From Adineta vaga (Eukaryota; Animalia; Rotifera), in contig CP075495.1 in the NCBI GenBank assembly GCA_021613535.1, forward strand, positions 10,850,001-10,914,000: 64,000 nucleotides of DNA, read 5' to 3'. The position numbers and the translations under genes are program-made. The notes beneath the pieces are model-generated. The model searched no databases, was not told where the DNA came from, and worked only from the letters and a program-made list of their open reading frames with translations. Of this stretch, positions 54,192 through 64,000 are shown one piece after another (positions within the stretch are counted from its first letter, which is position 1; each line of letters starts with the position of its first letter).

Positions 54192-54908
54192 ATGGCATTT
54201 AGTAATCTATTTCGTCGTTATTCCGGATCGAATGACACACATTTTCCTAGTTATACAAATACAGATAAAAATGCAATTGCAGAAACACTATTAGATGAAT
54301 TAGAAAGTCAATGTCAAAGTTGTTTTACAACAAGCTCACGAAATTCACAAATGTTAAGCAGTTCAATGAATGAAACATTTTTATCTACGTCCAATTCATC
54401 CTTAACTGTTATTCCAACACAACGAAATTCATCGGTTGATTATTCTTGGTTAACACCAAATCATAATTTATTACAAACAACAAATGAAGTTTATCATCTA
54501 ACAGATATACTTAAAATGGAATTAAGTGCATTGATACGGAATGTTTTACCTGAAGATTGTACATTAATTATCAATCAATTTCGTCGTCATATACGTATAC
54601 AAACGAAATCTTCGACACCAGAAAATATCATTGCATTATTTCGGAAGACAATTGCTGATTATATTGATCAAAAATCAAATACTCGATCGAATACAAGTAA
54701 TACGAATGATAGTAGTAATTCAGTACTGAAAAACAATCATAAAACAACATCAACAATTTATTCATTTGTACGAAATAATCGTGTCAATCCAAAACGTCAA
54801 TGTGATGATGAACAACATTGTATTGCAGAATTGACGGAAATTTCTATTACATCATCATCAAATGATGGAGGAGATACGAGTAAACTTCGTCCAAATGGTC
54901 GTACTTAA
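54192..54908 (+). CDS. RD3/RD3L-family protein
   Basis: ETLLDELE, VDYSWL and EDCTLIINQFRR..IIALFRKTI align by eye to RD3 (ETLMMEL, GVDYSWL, YCGPAILRFRQ..VSQLFRSV). Confidence 0.75.
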   Translation: MAFSNLFRRYSGSNDTHFPSYTNTDKNAIAETLLDELESQCQSCFTTSSRNSQMLSSSMNETFLSTSNSSLTVIPTQRNSSVDYSWLTPNHNLLQTTNEVYHLTDILKMELSALIRNVLPEDCTLIINQFRRHIRIQTKSSTPENIIALFRKTIADYIDQKSNTRSNTSNTNDSSNSVLKNNHKTTSTIYSFVRNNRVNPKRQCDDEQHCIAELTEISITSSSNDGGDTSKLRPNGRT

Positions 54909-55289
54909 AAAAAAATTTTTTTTATAGATATGCATATTTTGAAAATAATATCTGAATAAAATTCATGTAAATTATCATATTCCGTTAGAATACAATGTTA
55001 AATATAATCTTTATATTATATTATAATTAATGTTGTTAAGAAATCTATTTTCTACGTCATAGTTTTTCTTCTTCATGAATAATTTCATGTAGTTCGCTGG
55101 AGGTCTTCTTACCCCACATTAAATATTTCAAAAAGTATTAGGATCATCTAATTTTAATGAAGAAGACAATCTATATGACAAAATTTAGCATAAATTATTC
55201 ACTTTGATTTGTTTGAGCAAACGTATTCGCTATATTTTTTTTTTTCATTTTCTCAAAACAGAAAACAGGTTTATTTTATTGAAATTCTT

Positions 55290-56555
55290 TCATGCAGCAT
55301 TAGTATGAACACCTTCTACTTGATCTAAATCTTCAAACATAGCTACGATTTGTTTTAGCATTGCTTTATCACGTTCATTCAATGGTACAGTCACTTTCGG
55401 AATAAATTCTGAACCATCAGAAGTTACATTATAACCAAGTTGAGTTAGATTCACTTTCATTTGTCCATAAAATGCTGGTGGACCAAGGAACTAAATGAAA
55501 ATTTAAAGTACAACAGAGAGCGTGGATGTACACTAGATGTTTTGAATTTAAACATACTTTCCATACTTCTCGTACACCATCGTCATCGAATGATTCAATA
55601 ACTTCTTCGGCATTGATTTCGATTGCTAATTCAGTGGCTTTTTCTTCTGTTATAGTGCCTTTTTCGACGCATGCATAACCGCGTTGATCAAAATACTCTG
55701 CTATTTGTCCGCCTTTTGCTACTTCAGGGATTCTTTAAATAAAAGAAATCGTCTGTAATTGTTTTCGATTGTGATTAAGAATTCTCACCCAATTTTAGCA
55801 GCATTTCTATTGAGATAATTGAATGTACGTTTTGGATTATCGGTCATTGCTTCAATCAAACAAAACACACGACCAGGACCAACAAATTCAAAGAGCGCTT
55901 GTTTAGTATTATCTTTTTGAGCAATCTAAATCAAAAATTCTTTATAATTCTTCATTATCAAGTAAACAAATTCAAATCATACAGCTCGTTTGATCGATCT
56001 GTCAATCGTTTCTTTTGGCATATTGTTTCGACGACATTCTTCAAGTGTTGCACGTAATACTGCATTATATTGAGGATCTATAACGTTACCATTTTCTAAA
56101 ATTGAATAACAATGTTATTTTGTAATTATTATTTTCATTGGAAACATCTGTAACATGAACACACAAAGTATATTTTCTCATTAATTCTTTATTCTTGAAT
56201 GTCCTGAATGATTTCTGTCCACAAATATAGATCTTATTCCTCTAGGAAATACTGACTACATGAATTACAATCAACTTTATATGACATGTGTCTATATTGA
56301 AATACATACGTCGAATAGCTGTAACGATTTTTGTAGATAATTTTCCTATAACACGTCCTTTGATTTGATCATTTGCGGATTTTGTTTTCGCGATATTTTG
56401 CCAATGAGCATGACCAGCATGTCGTCGAGCATCACCTAGATGAATATAAAATAATCATTCGATTATTTGATTTGAGTATGTTTGTTTTACATACAATTGA
56501 TTGATTCTATATTTAATAAAGATCTTGTTGTTAAATAACTCAATCTTGATATCAT
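55290..56555 (-). CDS. TACO1: YebC/PmpR-family translational activator of cytochrome c oxidase 1
   Basis: Presequence followed by AGHAHWQNI, NMPKETIDRSIKR, FEFVGPGRVFCLIEAMTDN and EDLDQVEGVHTN. Confidence 0.88.
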
Positions 56556-57049
56556 CGAATGATATCGAACTAGATTTGTGACACTCATGCAGTTAGAGTT
56601 TCTAAAAAGATTCCATAGAGGATTGTTGTTATAAATTGCAAATGAAAGGAACAAAGATGGAAAATTGCAAACACATCAATTGGTTTTTTTAGTGGTTAAA
56701 AAAAGTGCTATAACAACAAACAACAACAATATAACGAACAACAATAATAGGAAATAATTGAGAAGCTACTAGAGGTGTATATAGGTGAAAAGAAGAAAAA
56801 ATCAGATCAGAAAGAAAAAGATATTTTTCTCTGAGAGTTACACATCGAAATGATGAAAGAAAAAACACGAGACAATGTCAGATAAGAAATACATCAGATC
56901 CGACCTATCCGGTTAAATTATTCTAATGGAATGAAAAAATAAAATAAGATCAAACACAGACAACGATGATGATGATGATACATGCATTAACGCCAAGATT
57001 ATATGTAAAGTATTCAATCGCATTTTAGGAAGTTGAAAAATAGAAATGA

Positions 57050-57773
57050 TTATTTGGCACTTGTTTGTTGTTGTTGTTTTAATTGAAGTAGAACACTTCG
57101 ATATCGTGTTAAATCTTTTTGTGAACGATTATTTTTGGGATTAAATTCACATAAACTTGTAATTTTATCCCAATCATTAATCTTTCCATTTGAAGTTGAA
57201 TTATTTCCATTTTGAAAAATTTCATCTTCTAATGTACGATTATTTAGACGATTTTCTCCTTTAACACGTTCCATTTGTTCGACACGTTGTTTATAGAAAT
57301 CATCTAATTCTTTTTTGGCTTGTTCACGCATTTCAAGACGTTTTGTTTCTTCTTCAGTATCTTTTTTACTTATACGGGACGAAAATTCTTCTCGCCATTT
57401 TTGAATAGTTTCAGGTTCATTCAATTGTGATAATGCTTGATATTGATCATTATTCGAATTAGTTGGAATAGGTGATTCATTACCATTGATATTCATAGCT
57501 GGTGAATGCGTACCTAACAAAGAAATAAAAGTTTTCAATTAACTATTCTATATGCAAAAGATAATAAGAAATACCGTTGGTCATTTGTTTACCATTACTA
57601 AACGGATCTTCGAATGAATTGGTATCATTATCACCTGTAATATCAGCTAATTCTCGTTTTTCTCGTTCAAGAAATTCTGCAGCAGGATCTTCATCATTCA
57701 AATTATAGAAATTATTCGATGCTTCATCATCAATTGGTACATTGTTACCGTTAAATGGATCATCAAACGCCAT
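57050..57773 (-). CDS. CLTA: Clathrin light chain
   Basis: EDPAAEFLEREKRELADI, EPETIQKWREE and WDKITSLCEFNPK..KDLTRYRSVLLQLKQ. Two exons. Confidence 0.93.
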
Positions 57774-58328
57774 TTGTTTTTGTTTTTTTTATCTTTATCG
57801 AATAAAGAAATGAATATCTTTAGTTAAGAGAACGAAAATCAAAATGAAAAGATATAGAATGAAATCAAAATAAGAAAAAAAAAAGAATTATCAAAGTTAA
57901 TCGATATTTTTGTTCGTCTCAACAATGAATGCACTTAGCGTCGCGATATATCGCTTCAGTCGGATTCGCTTCGAAAAGTTAACCAATTAGAAAACTACCA
58001 AAGTGCATTAATGCACTTCGTGGTAGAGGACATAGTAAATCTTAAATTGTAACCAGTTTTGAATAAAATTTCTGACATGATTTCTGCTCTTATTCATAAT
58101 TTCCAGTATTTATCTATAGTTGATGATCAGAAAGCATTGTCAGTCTTCTAATAATCTCAATGAAATATAGAAATCAGAAATCTACTTGCCAGTTTTGAAA
58201 ATTTTAAAATCTCTTCTATCATATTGACAGAGATTTGAGGTTGGTGAACGATGAGCACCGGAAAATTCGGCAACAAAAAGTTGAGCACAAGATATGGATA
58301 AGTCTACATTTTAAGAAAGATACTTTAC

Positions 58329-58688
58329 TGAACCTTTTCAAAAAAGTTTCTGAGATTTGCAGAGTTCAAAAGGAAGTTTTTAGATTTACAAGCATTTGAA
58401 CAGAGATACAGAATATGAATTTCTATTTTTGAAGAATCCTTCCTACGACACGATCTCCAAACCCTATCATATGAAACCTTATCTGGGCTCCATACGAAAA
58501 TATCTAAACCTTGATAAGGTTTTTTCAATAAAATCTGATTTTTTTGCGAAGTTTCAGAGTTTCATGTGGAACCACCAGGATTTTATATAAACTCTCAATG
58601 TTTTGGTTTTTTCGTACGAATCATTTTTATGTTTTACGAAGCCCCTTTTGAACTCTGCAAATCTCAGGAACTTTTTTGAAATGGTTCA
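58329..58688. mobile_element. MITE (360 bp) with ~45-bp terminal inverted repeats
   Basis: TGAACCTTTTCAAAAAAGTTTCTGAGATTTGCAGAGTTCAAAAGG matches the reverse complement of ~58644-58688 with 2 mismatches. No credible coding interior; TSD unclear. Confidence 0.85.
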
Positions 58689-59130
58689 ATGTGCCAATAA
58701 TAACGGTATACGTTGAGTATTGATCTGTATTAAAAAACAAAATCAATCTAGATATGGTTATTTCTCACTTTATACTTGACTCCATCAATAATCAATATTT
58801 CTTGTTCAGTAACATCAGTAAATGGTGGTGCAGCTGCTCGTTGTTGGCCAATATCGAAAGCATATGATGGTACAACTCCTGTTCGTTGGACTCTATGTTC
58901 CTTTTGAATTCTTTCTGAATTCAAAATCACAAGCCACAAGCATTTTTTCCATACAACCCTGGGTATACGGGTCTAAAACAAACAATTGGTTCTATTCAAT
59001 AACCGACAGTCATTGTTATATATCCAGACGGTGCAATACACAATTGTTCACATTATTTTTCACGATTCTTATCATTTCATTTGACCATGACCAGACATAA
59101 ATCCAGTACTGTGTTCATTGACTCGCCTTA
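58689..59130 (-). pseudogene. Unidentified frameshifted gene remnant, apparently interrupted by the MITE
   Basis: Coding-like segments (EQLCIAPSGYITMTV, ERIQKEHRVQRTGVVPSYAFDIGQ.., INTQRIPLLLAH) bounded by GT-AG pairs, with stops and frame changes. Confidence 0.35.
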
Positions 59131-59201
59131 ATTCACCACTAGTGACGAAAAATGTGTATACCCAGTTAGATACTTTCACCTAAATCAATTTGAAAGACTC
59201 A

Positions 59202-59305
59202 GGGTGTAAGGGTCTAGGGGTATAAGGGTCTAAAGGGTTTAAGGGTCATAAGGTATAAGACCTTTAGACCCTTAAGGCCCTTTATACTCTTACACACTTA
59301 GACCC
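59202..59305. repeat. Foldback of degenerate 8-9-nt GGGTNTAA tandem repeats
   Basis: About 7 units (GGGTGTAA, GGGTCTAG, GGGTATAA, ...) followed directly by about 6 reverse-complement units (TTAGACCC). Confidence 0.8.
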
Positions 59306-59429
59306 AAAGATATGACGACTTCCGAAGTTATGAAGGACGAAGGTATGCATGTGTATATGTACATAATTATGAAGATTCGAAGACCCATGATTTCAATCGG
59401 AAATGATATCTGTTTCTTCTTTTCTTAAT

Positions 59430-60140
59430 TCAGAAAGAATTCAAATTCCATACGAATAATCGACTATCATTTCTACCACTTGCTAATAAATGTCGATCAA
59501 GTGACCATTTTAATCGACATACTTCTTGTCGATGTCCAGCTAATTTTCGTTCTTGTTTATTTGAACGTGTATCATTTTGTAAGATAAATCGGTCGAGTGA
59601 ACTAGAATAAATACATTGATCATTCCAAGCTAATGCATCCACACGTGCTGTATGACGTGGAAATGATGCTGTCTTCCGATTTGTTGTTGCATCCCATATT
59701 TGAACAATACTTTTATGTGTTCCAACAGCAACATATTGTCCTCGATCACTCCATGCAACACTTGTAACTGTATCTGATTCTGTTTGTAAATCACATAAAC
59801 GTGTTATATTATTTGTATTCGCATTCCATAAATAAACGGATGCGTTAAGACCAACAGCGAGAATATTTGTTGACGACCAATTAACTAAATTTAAATAAAT
59901 ATCATCTTGAAGTTCAGGAGCATCGAGAACTTTCAATGGAGTTTTCGGTATCTTTCGCAATTGTTTCCGTGGTGAACGTAGAAGACGAATCGATGCAGGT
60001 GATAATGATGAAAGTGAATATGGTGAATAATGAAGATCATCTGCATTTCGGCGAGCCGAACAACGAAATATGGTATTTAGATCACGAGTTCGTACTTTTA
60101 TATTATTAGCGTTGGCAAAGCATGAAGAATTTTGTCGTAT
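59430..60140 (-). pseudogene. FZR1: Truncated Fizzy-related (Cdh1) pseudogene fragment
   Basis: SPYSLS..LLRSPRK.LRKIPKTPLKVLDAPELQDDIYLNLVNWS. No in-frame ATG, stops about halfway through the WD40 propeller, and normally invariant residues are changed (DDFY>DDIY, VGAL>VDAL, EVCGL>EVCRL, SGGND>SGRND). Confidence 0.85.
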
Positions 60141-60411
60141 TTATTTACTTTGCTTATTTGATTAAAATCTAGTTAGTGTAGTATCCAAGAACAAGCGATT
60201 TTCTATGCTAGATATCACTAGAACTCAAATATTTGCTTGACATTGAAGAAAATTTTAGATATAGTTTGTTTTTAAAACGGCAAGAGAAAAATAAACTTTA
60301 TTGAACTAGAATTCTATAAAAGAAAGAACAGAAAAATGCTTAGAACTAGATGGGATCATATCAAAAACAAGAATCTAATCTATGTGAATAATGCAACAAT
60401 AAATTACACTC

Positions 60412-61608
60412 TTATGAAACTAGAAGAGTCAATCCATGTACATCTTTTTCTAAATTATTCACATAATCAACTAATGGTTTTAGTTTATTGAGGATATTTC
60501 GTAGATTTTCATATTCAACAACTTTCGTATGAAGGATAGGATATAAATGACCATAGAGATGAGCATCAGCTTTCGTAAAACTAAAAGAAAACCATGTTAT
60601 TGAAAGGTATCTTTATTGTATCTCAATATTTACTTATCACCAAGAAGATAATTTGAATTATCCTGTTGAATTTTATTCGACAATGCTTTAACCGTTGTTT
60701 CGAATTTAATCAGTGCCTAAAACGATACATATCTTTGATTTGTTTTTCTCAATCAATAAAATACTTGTTCATATGTTAAAGACCAGATTTCTTTGACTTG
60801 TAAAGTTTTAATCATTTGTTTTCGATAGATGAAATAAAGAATCAAACCAAGTGGCCAAGGATATACGGATGTGAATGATTGGTAGACAGTCTATTAAGAA
60901 CAAGAGCATAATACAATACATGAAATGATATATATATATTCTATCTTTCTTACTGTTCCAGCTTTTTCACAAAGTAAAAAATATTTCTAAACATAAACAA
61001 ATACAAATTTACCAAGGTATTGTAACATTCTAACAAACCATCAATGCACCAAGTGTTTCAGTACATAGTATTGTATAACTATCCACACTTGAATTTTGTC
61101 TATCATTATTAGTTACAAGTAAACCCTATTCGTTGATAAGAAAATTAGAGCTTTATTTTTCTTAGAAAAATAAAACATAGTTTAACTTACTTTAAGCTCA
61201 ATTAAGTTATTAATTTCGTCGAATTCACTAAATGCTCGATTATTTAATGTCAATACAGGTGGAATACCTAGAAAGAGGAAAATACTTAATACAATAATCA
61301 ATCTGAAGAATATTTACCATAATTTGACATTTCCGCTGCATTTCGAACATGTTCAATAGTTAACGATGGAACACGTACTTTACGTAATAAACATAATGTA
61401 GCTAAACAATCAGGTGCCCAAAGAACCATTTGTTCTTTCAATGGAACATACAGATAAACATTTGCTGGCCATGGTTCTCGAGCTAAATTCAGTAGGAATA
61501 AAATTATTTGTTTACAAATAATGTCAACTCATTACCAGCTACTTCTATATTCACATTTTTTGAATTGTTATCAATAATTGAATGAATATGATCACCTATT
61601 TCAGCCAT
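60412..61608 (-). CDS. MTX2: Metaxin-2; absent from the ORF track
   Basis: MAEIEVAAREPWPANVYLY..DCLATLCLL..RNAAEMS (cf. AAEPWPENATLY, RANAEYMS), YPWPLGLIL, and YLLGD.FTKADAHLYGHL. Confidence 0.88.
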
Positions 61609-61771
61609 TGAAATCTACAAAAAAGCGACAAAAGTAAATTTTAAGATCCACGCATGCAAAATAATAATCATCTAGATTAATAATATGTATATATGTATAA
61701 ACAACTTCTTCAAAAAAAAAGGATAATCATACAACATGTACATTAATATAAAAAGAAATATAGTTCATATT

Positions 61772-62524
61772 TTATTCATCCGATGCCACAACTAGTGACC
61801 AAACTTTTTTTGTTGTTCCTATTGCAATTCTTCCAACACCATATGCCACTGTTCCAACACCACAAGCAGTAGCAATCAATGCTGTTTTTGCCATTGTTGT
61901 CGCCGCAACAGTTGTTGTACTCGTAGCAGCAATTGTACCCATATTAATCAAAGTATTTGTTATTCCAGTAGCAATCGCATTTTGAATAGGTTTAGAATTA
62001 AAAATTTTCGAAACTGTTCCTTCGTGATTTGCTGATACTGGTGTTGGTGCAGTTGCAACAACAAGAATTCGATTGCCAGATTGCATTTCATGATGATCAA
62101 TATCAACAATAACCGGTTCATCATCATCATCATCATCTCCAAGAAAAACTTCATCTTCATCGTCGTCAGGAATATGACGTTCAATACGAATCGTTCGTTC
62201 AATCCGTTGTTCGAAATGTTCAGGAATTGATTCGACAATAACAATATTCGATTTTAATAAATCCACATCATTTTTCAATTGAACAAGTATTTCTTGATCA
62301 TTTTTTTGACAATGTTTGATTTGATTTTGTTTTTCTTTAATTTCATTAGCAGTATTTGATACAATAGAATCAATTTCATGCATACGATTTGCATATGTTT
62401 TATTAATTAATGAATGCATTTTCTTTTGCCATGTTTTCAATTGTATAACAGCATCTAATTTGATACTATCAACATCGATTTGATTAAGTTCTTCGTTTAG
62501 TTCTGAAATAGACGTTTGTTCCAT
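61772..62524 (-). CDS. Uncharacterised coiled-coil protein with acidic linker and hydrophobic C-terminus (250 aa)
   Basis: Long open ORF with host-like codon use. The ATG directly follows a pyrimidine-rich TAG acceptor. Confidence 0.75.
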   Translation of the reverse strand: MEQTSISELNEELNQIDVDSIKLDAVIQLKTWQKKMHSLINKTYANRMHEIDSIVSNTANEIKEKQNQIKHCQKNDQEILVQLKNDVDLLKSNIVIVESIPEHFEQRIERTIRIERHIPDDDEDEVFLGDDDDDDEPVIVDIDHHEMQSGNRILVVATAPTPVSANHEGTVSKIFNSKPIQNAIATGITNTLINMGTIAATSTTTVAATTMAKTALIATACGVGTVAYGVGRIAIGTTKKVWSLVVASDE

Positions 62525-62603
62525 CTAGAAAAGACAAGCAAAATTAAATAAAATACTTTGTAGAAAATAAATTATTTGCTAGATTTAAATAGATTTAAAA
62601 TGA

Positions 62604-63798
62604 TTAATAGTTCTTTTCACATTTTGTCGATTTATCTTCACCAATTTCATATTTATCAGGATTTTTAGATGCTTGTCTTAGACCTTTACGACATTTATCT
62701 TCAGCATTACTATCTATTTCACATGATACAGAATAATTCTCTTCACCAACAAAACATATCTAAAACAGAAAAATATTTAAGAAAAAAAGGACAAGCATTT
62801 TATCTATTGATAGTCTTACTTCATGTTCATCAGGATCGGATAGAATTACAACGGTATTTTTATTGAAATCTAAAAACCTACCTAATTTCATTTTTGAAAT
62901 GAGAATTTTTTGACCGTCTTTTTCTATTCTATTTTGAATTATATCAATATCTTTCACTGGACAACTAAATGCTGCTCTTCCATAACCAGTACCGCGATCA
63001 ATCGGATGCTTATTTTCAATTAATTCAAGTTGACATTGATTATCAAGACGAAAATTATATTTTGATCGTTCATTGGTCGTTAGATTATTATAAGAAAGTC
63101 GAACACGGTTTTTATTCGATTCTTCTTCAATAATCGTCATATTTAGTAAACGTGTATAATAATCAGTTGATTTTTTTAAATTATAAACATTTAATGAGAG
63201 ACATTTGACGGGATCTTCATCTTTTTCAATATCTTTATCAATTAAAATAATACGATGACCGTCAGGTGAACTAATAACTAATGATTTGGAATCAGATTGC
63301 ATTTGTGATTTATCGAGAAATTTTTGTGCATTAATTATAGCTTGTCGACTATGAATTGTAATCGATGCAAAATCATTTCCATATTTATAACCTTGTACAT
63401 CATAATTATAGTTTAATTCCAAAGCAAAATAGGAATGTTCATCACCATAACTAGTTACTGTTTTCGACCATGGAGATTCAAAATTACCATTACATTGTGC
63501 TGAACAACCAGAATCCATGTCTTCGTGACGAAGAATATTCATACCTAAGATATCACAGAAAAATTTCGTTGTTTCGAAACGATCGCTTATTTTTAATGTA
63601 TAACGAAGAAAACGTCGATCTGAACATGTTGATTGTTGTTGTTGAGCTGAAGAAGAATTTGATGAGATTCGTCGAAAACTAGTAGATACATTTTTTACCT
63701 GATCAGAGAAGAAAAGAAGGAAATTCATTTTCTGTAAATGAAAAAAAAAGATTTTTGTCTACTGTTTGAAGAACATGATGGTGAATTTGTTTCGACAT
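62604..63798 (-). CDS. GLOD4: Glyoxalase domain-containing protein 4-like
   Basis: LGMNILRHED..GCSAQCNG..WSKT, FALELNYNY..YKYGNDF, GYGRAAFSCP and ILSDPDEHE/ICFVG. Three exons. Confidence 0.88.
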
Positions 63799-64000
63799 GA
63801 TATATATTGCTTCATAATATGAGCACGTGTGTGTATATATAAATATTTTTCAGAAAAATGATGATTGGTGAAAATCTAAGCCAATGAAATTTCATTACCC
63901 AACGTGATGATCATGATCGTTGTCGTTGTCGTTGAAAGCGAATGTTAATGTCAAGTCAAGTTTTATGGTAACCGTAACTCGTAAGTAATTCATTTAAACT

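Overview
This is AT-rich eukaryotic (metazoan) genomic DNA, densely packed with genes split by many ~50-60 bp GT-AG introns. Composition and gene style suggest a bdelloid rotifer (inference). From left to right: four three-exon metallothionein (MT) genes, two forming a ~99% identical head-to-head palindrome; endonuclease G; a decayed p23/Sba1 pseudogene; a hAT transposase remnant; a CDS-intronless CTL/PNS1 transporter; a ~1120-aa FoxO with a ~5-kb upstream region; a secreted Cys protein with an in-frame TGA; GBE1; a stand-alone polycystin channel module; HGSNAT; a Tyr-motif single-pass protein; a tail-anchored RING protein; KXD1; ARFGEF/BIG; OXCT1; Six1/2; RD3-like; TACO1; clathrin light chain; a decay zone (MITE, gene remnant, G-rich foldback, FZR1 pseudogene); and a tight co-oriented trio of metaxin-2, a coiled-coil gene and GLOD4-like. 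The best candidate for an undescribed system is the MT cluster: a palindrome with a shared promoter and a repeated TTACGT + GGGGGTGC composite element. Next come a FoxO whose central Akt serine appears replaced by Ala, a CAAGGY site cluster upstream of FoxO, and a probable trans-spliced operon. All gene models were spliced and translated by hand and no database search was run.
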